Translations under genes and position numbers: made by a program
Source of the DNA: Nitrospirota bacterium
Lineage (GTDB): Bacteria; Nitrospirota; UBA9217
Direction: 5' to 3'
Assembly (NCBI GenBank): GCA_963845065.1
Contig: CAWJQQ010000008.1
Coordinates: 320,001 to 384,000, forward strand
Length of the DNA stretch: 64,000 nucleotides
The notes under the pieces: generated by a model
What the model was told of the DNA's origin: nothing
Seen by the model: only the letters and a program-made list of their open reading frames with translations
The model's database searches: none
Shown: positions 59,796 through 64,000 of the stretch, in pieces
How positions within the stretch are numbered: the stretch's first letter is position 1
Layout: every line of letters starts with the position of its first letter

Positions 59796-60557
59796 GTGGG
59801 CGTACTTGAATTCACAATGATAGGACTGGCAGCCGTTGCCGGCGGGCTTGTAAACGCGCTGGCAGGAGGCGGTACGCTCATCACTTTTCCGATGCTGACC
59901 GCGGTCGGCGTCCCGCCCATTACCGCGAATGTGACCAACATGGTCGCGCTCTGCCCTGGCTATCTCGGTGCAACCTTTGCCCAAATGAAGGACCTGCGCG
60001 ATCAGAAGAAGACGCTCTTATTGCTCCTGCCTACGAGCCTCATCGGCGGAATTGCAGGCGGCATCCTGCTCCTGCACACGAGCGATAAGACATTTCAGAT
60101 ATTGATACCCTACCTGATACTGCTTGCCGTGGTTCTGCTGGCCTTTCAAGATCGGTTGCGAACCTGGGTCATGAGTCGTATAAGCAATCAGGGGGGGAAG
60201 CATTTGAGCGCGGCATGGGCAATCTTACCCGTGATCCCGGCCGCAATTTACGGTGGTTATTTCGGGGCGGGAGTGGGCGTCATTACCCTGGCCGTTATCG
60301 GGCTTGTTCTCGAAGATTCCCTCACCCGTCTGAACGCCTTGAAACAAGCCATCTCGCTCAGCATGAATATCGCCGCTGCGGTTTTCTTCCTTTTTTCCGG
60401 CCAGGTTTATTGGCAGGCAGCGCTTGTCATGGCGATTGGCGCCCTGGGAGGAGGAGTGCTCGGCGGGCGTCTCGCTGGGAGGACCAAGCCTATCGTCCTG
60501 CGATGGATCGTAATTACGATAGGCCTTTTAGTCGCGGTCGTTTATTTTGTGCGGTAA
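59796..60557 (+). CDS. TauE/SafE (YfcA-like) permease
   Basis: [36 protein letters not shown]. Confidence 0.9.
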   Translation: MGVLEFTMIGLAAVAGGLVNALAGGGTLITFPMLTAVGVPPITANVTNMVALCPGYLGATFAQMKDLRDQKKTLLLLLPTSLIGGIAGGILLLHTSDKTFQILIPYLILLAVVLLAFQDRLRTWVMSRISNQGGKHLSAAWAILPVIPAAIYGGYFGAGVGVITLAVIGLVLEDSLTRLNALKQAISLSMNIAAAVFFLFSGQVYWQAALVMAIGALGGGVLGGRLAGRTKPIVLRWIVITIGLLVAVVYFVR

Positions 60558-60999
60558 TGCCTGCAGTAACGATTACCAACGCCGGAAGTCACAACCCCTT
60601 CACTGAACCACTCCGTCAGAAATCAAAAATGTGGACCTAATCGCTGATGCATATCATCGTTAGTGGGCACATCGAAAAAAAGCTTTTACAGCGATCTGCG
60701 GGACAAAGACGATGATCATATCTCAGCACGAAATTGGATTACGATCTAGCCTCTTTCTCAGCAACAAACCACAAAAAAATATCTCGTTCAAAATCACCTG
60801 TTCTTTTTAATCATTTGCCATCATCGCAGTATGTCTGCTAGGTCGATTTCATAAGCCTCAAAATAAAGCTGACATTTTAGATAGCTTTTTGCTAAATACA
60901 GAAACAAACAGTAAATGGTTGAATTGTGATTTCGTTTCTGATACAGTAAATGCAGCTACGACTTTTGTATATATACTCTAACGCTAAGGAGGCAGGAAG

Positions 61000-62235
61000 A
61001 TGAAAAGATTTCTCATGACATTAGCTCTGGTGGGTTTTCTGGTAGCCCAAGCATATGCGGGAGACACGATCAAGATAGCCATTACCGGCCCGTTCACAGG
61101 TGGTTCGGCGCCGATGGGTGCATCCATGAGGGATGGTGCGATGCTTGCAATTCACGAGATTAATGCCGCCGGCGGCGTTCAGGTCGGCGACAGGAAGATG
61201 AAGTTCGAGGTGATCGAAAGGGATGACGAGGCCAAGAATGAGCGGGGCGCCTTGATCGCTCAGGAGCTTGCATCCATGGGTGACCTCTCTGGCGTCATCG
61301 GCTCCGTGAATACGGGCGTAGTAATGGCTGGAGATAGGTACCTCCAGGAAAAGGGGATCACAAAGATCATCACGCCGGCCGCCGGCTCATCATCCATGAC
61401 GCAGTGGAGCAAAGCGGGTGTGAAGGACCTGTCCATCTTCCGGTTTGCGGCAGCTGACGGAATTCAATCCGCTATGGTGGTAGAAGAAGCAATCAACCGG
61501 AAATTCACCAATGTTGCACTCCTCTGTGATTCCACGAACTACGGCGTTTCGGGACACGATGACATGCTGAACCAGATAAAGGCACAGGGGAACAAGCTCC
61601 ATGTCGTGGCGGATGACAAGTTCAATATCGGAGACAAGGACATGACCGCCCAGTTGCTGCGGGCCAAGTCGGCAGGCGCACAGGCCATCCTGATCTGGGG
61701 GATCGGACCCGAACTTGCCGCCGTTGCCAACGGCGAGGCAAAACTTGGGATGAAAGAGCCGCTGATCGGAGGATGGCCCCTTTCCATGTCCAACTTTATT
61801 GATAATGCCGGCAAAAATGGTAATGGGACCTTGATGCCCCAGACTTTTATTGAAGAACCCATCACTCCGAGGGCCAGAAAATTCATCGAAGATTACCACA
61901 AAGCTTACAATGTGACCCAGATCCCATCCCCGGTTTCGGCTGCCCAGGGATATGATGCAGTTTTAATCTTCGCAGCGGCGGTGAAACAGGCCCGGAGCAC
62001 TGACACGCACAAAATAAAAGATGCCCTCGAGGATCTGCGTGAACCTGTCCCGGGTGTGATCGCCGACTGGTGGAAGCCCTTCAGCAAGTGGGACCCCGCG
62101 AATGAGAATACTCACGAGGCCTTCCGCCGCGCCCAGACTGTTATGGGGATGGTGAAGGACGGACGCGTTGTTTTCGCGAACGACGCTGACCGGCAGCGCC
62201 TCATCAAGAACGCTGCCTCGCCGAAGGCTAAGTAA
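61000..62235 (+). CDS. LivJ/K-type ABC substrate-binding protein
   Basis: Signal peptide, IKIAITGPFTG, AIHEINAAGG, RDDEA, AQGYDA. Confidence 0.92.
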   Translation: MKRFLMTLALVGFLVAQAYAGDTIKIAITGPFTGGSAPMGASMRDGAMLAIHEINAAGGVQVGDRKMKFEVIERDDEAKNERGALIAQELASMGDLSGVIGSVNTGVVMAGDRYLQEKGITKIITPAAGSSSMTQWSKAGVKDLSIFRFAAADGIQSAMVVEEAINRKFTNVALLCDSTNYGVSGHDDMLNQIKAQGNKLHVVADDKFNIGDKDMTAQLLRAKSAGAQAILIWGIGPELAAVANGEAKLGMKEPLIGGWPLSMSNFIDNAGKNGNGTLMPQTFIEEPITPRARKFIEDYHKAYNVTQIPSPVSAAQGYDAVLIFAAAVKQARSTDTHKIKDALEDLREPVPGVIADWWKPFSKWDPANENTHEAFRRAQTVMGMVKDGRVVFANDADRQRLIKNAASPKAK

Positions 62236-62289
62236 CGTGGCATACTCCCCTTCCCAATATTACCGGCGGCCGATCAGGGGGATTGGATC

Positions 62290-63168
62290 ATGACAACGTC
62301 CATCGTCCCCCAGCTCGTCGTGAGTGGGGCTCTGATGGGCCTGGTCTATGCTCTCGTTGCATATGGATTTCAGCTTACCTTTGCTACGAGCAAGAGCATC
62401 AATTTCGGCCAGGGTGAATTGGTGATGGTCTCCGCCTTCTTCAGCCTTACCCTTACGAAGATGGGGTTTCCTTACTGGCTGATGATCCCTGGTGGCTTGC
62501 TGTTCGGTGTACTCCTCGGCCTTTTTGTGGAACGGGCCGCAGTGCGCCTGGCGCTGGAGCAGAAAAGCGAAGGCTGGGTACTCCTGACGATAATCCTCGG
62601 GTTGTTCTTTTTTTCTGCAGCAGAGAATATATGGGGCCGGGACGACCGCCCGTTCCCGACCCCGATCTCTTCCGATGCGATTCAGGTGCTCGGAGTCAGC
62701 ATCACTCCCCTGGAAATCTCCGTGGCTGTGGGTGTTTTTGCGATTATGGGGCTCATAGAGTTGTTCAAACGCAAGACCCTTCTCGGCAAAGCCTTCGAGG
62801 CCGTTTCGGCTGACCGCGATGCGGCGGAACTCATGGGCGTGTCTTCAACGCGAACGGTCATGCTCTCCTATGGTCTATCGGGCTTGTCTGCGGCTGTGGC
62901 GGGCATACTCGTTTCTCCGATTACGACGGTGGGGCCGACCATGGGATCGGTTCTTGTGCTCAAGGCATTTTCCGTCGCGGTTGTGGCCGGCCTGGATTCC
63001 GGCTTCGGCGTTGTGCTGGTCGGCCTGATTCTTGGTGCGCTCGAAAGTCTAACGAGCTTTTATATAGGCAGCGGGTGGCGCGAAGCGCCCGGCCTCGTTC
63101 TCTTGATTTTTGCCCTTGCTGTCCGTCCCACAGGTGTGTTTGGCAAGGCCGTGATCAGGAAGGTCTGA
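62290..63168 (+). CDS. LivH-type ABC permease
   Basis: GLVYALVAYGFQL...INFGQGE, LGKAFEAVSADRDAAELMG, KAF. Confidence 0.92.
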   Translation: MTTSIVPQLVVSGALMGLVYALVAYGFQLTFATSKSINFGQGELVMVSAFFSLTLTKMGFPYWLMIPGGLLFGVLLGLFVERAAVRLALEQKSEGWVLLTIILGLFFFSAAENIWGRDDRPFPTPISSDAIQVLGVSITPLEISVAVGVFAIMGLIELFKRKTLLGKAFEAVSADRDAAELMGVSSTRTVMLSYGLSGLSAAVAGILVSPITTVGPTMGSVLVLKAFSVAVVAGLDSGFGVVLVGLILGALESLTSFYIGSGWREAPGLVLLIFALAVRPTGVFGKAVIRKV

Positions 63169-63175
63169 TGGATCG

Positions 63176-64000
63176 ATGGTGAAGCGACTTTTTTTCATTC
63201 ACGGCGCGGAGCTCCTGGTCTTTGCCCTGCTGGCGTCCATCCCGCTGGTCATAATAAATCCCTTTGCCCTCGGCCTGTTGACGCTCCTCGCCATCTATGG
63301 AATCCTGCTTATTGGGCTGGACGTGACCGTTGGCTATCTTGGACAGATCAATCTCGCACAAGCTGCCTTTCTCGGTCTCGGGGCTTACACGGCCGGTCTG
63401 ACCGTGGCACACTTCGGTTTCGGCATGGTGAGTTCACTCTGTGCAAGCCTGCTGATCGGCCTCGTGTTCGGCGTGCTGCTCGCGTTTCCAGCCCTCCGTT
63501 TGGAAGGCCCACAGTTCGCCCTGGCAACGCTCAGTTTTTCCGCTCTGGTTGCGACCACACTCAATGAATGGGAATCACTTACTAACGGGGCACAGGGTCT
63601 CTCAATCGTTCGCCCAACCCTGTTCGGGGTGAACCTCGCTGCTCAGGGTTTCTACTGGCTCTGTCTGGTCCTCCTGGCTCTCGTCTGGATCGCCATGCAC
63701 AATCTGCTCAGTTCGCAATGGGGGAGGACTTTCGAGGCCCTTCGGGACAGCTCCATTGCCACCGATGCTATGGGAATCGGTACGTTTCGGCACAAGGTTG
63801 CTGCCTTTGCCCTCGGTTCCGCACTCGGCGGTCTCGCTGGCGGACTCTATGCCTTCAACTTTCAATATCTTCAGCCCCAGAGCTTCGTTTATGACCTGAT
63901 GGTGATCCTGCTGATGGGAGCGGTGCTCGGAGGTCGGAAAAGCCTCTGGGGAGCCCTTGTCGGCGCCACCCTGATAGTACTCCTGCCGAATCTTCTTTCG
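63176..64000 (+). CDS. LivM-type ABC permease, 3'-partial
   Basis: MVKRLFFIHG...GLDVTVGYLGQINLAQAAFLGLGAY...LTNGAQG...WGRTFEALRDS; runs off the window. Confidence 0.9.
   Translation, partial: MVKRLFFIHGAELLVFALLASIPLVIINPFALGLLTLLAIYGILLIGLDVTVGYLGQINLAQAAFLGLGAYTAGLTVAHFGFGMVSSLCASLLIGLVFGVLLAFPALRLEGPQFALATLSFSALVATTLNEWESLTNGAQGLSIVRPTLFGVNLAAQGFYWLCLVLLALVWIAMHNLLSSQWGRTFEALRDSSIATDAMGIGTFRHKVAAFALGSALGGLAGGLYAFNFQYLQPQSFVYDLMVILLMGAVLGGRKSLWGALVGATLIVLLPNLLS

Noticed and set aside
63168..63200. Frameshift at the start of livM (ATG 63168 stops after four codons; T7 run)
   Set aside because: ATG at 63176 reads in frame through the T-run.
1..64000. CRISPR arrays, tRNA/rRNA, prophage, intact transposases
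   Set aside because: None recognised by eye; the repeats seen are segmental duplications or coding heptads.

Overview
Bacterial chromosomal segment, moderately GC-rich, gene-dense and almost all on the + strand. The gene content resembles an anaerobic Nitrospirota or deltaproteobacteria-like organism (inference). In order: (1) a two-component and sigma-54 signalling block (1-11.4 kb); (2) a partly duplicated and rearranged USP-like/TauE/TIGR02186/USP/tatA region ending in two unusual T2SSE_N + DUF202 proteins, which together carry five in-register Arg-heptad/TM-hairpin repeats (candidate pseudo-pentameric channel); (3) a kinase, a receiver and a PEP-synthase-like dikinase; (4) a RAPP-ending uORF upstream of a CpXC gene; (5) an OmpR/HK pair and periplasmic MsrAB; (6) an acetate island (DUF294 NTase x2, DEDDh exonuclease plus a pseudogene copy, SatP, Acs x2 plus a fragment, AcuC, AcuB, DUF485-ActP); (7) a UxxC DsbA-like selenoprotein missed by the ORF track, with a di-haem peroxidase and FdhE, behind an attenuator-like leader; (8) an atypical transketolase, AhpD/CMD, form IV RuBisCO-like protein and GAPDH (candidate new sulfur-sugar salvage route); (9) a LIV-type ABC transporter running off the end. 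No rRNA, tRNA, CRISPR array or intact transposase was seen. All family assignments are by eye from motifs; no searches were run.
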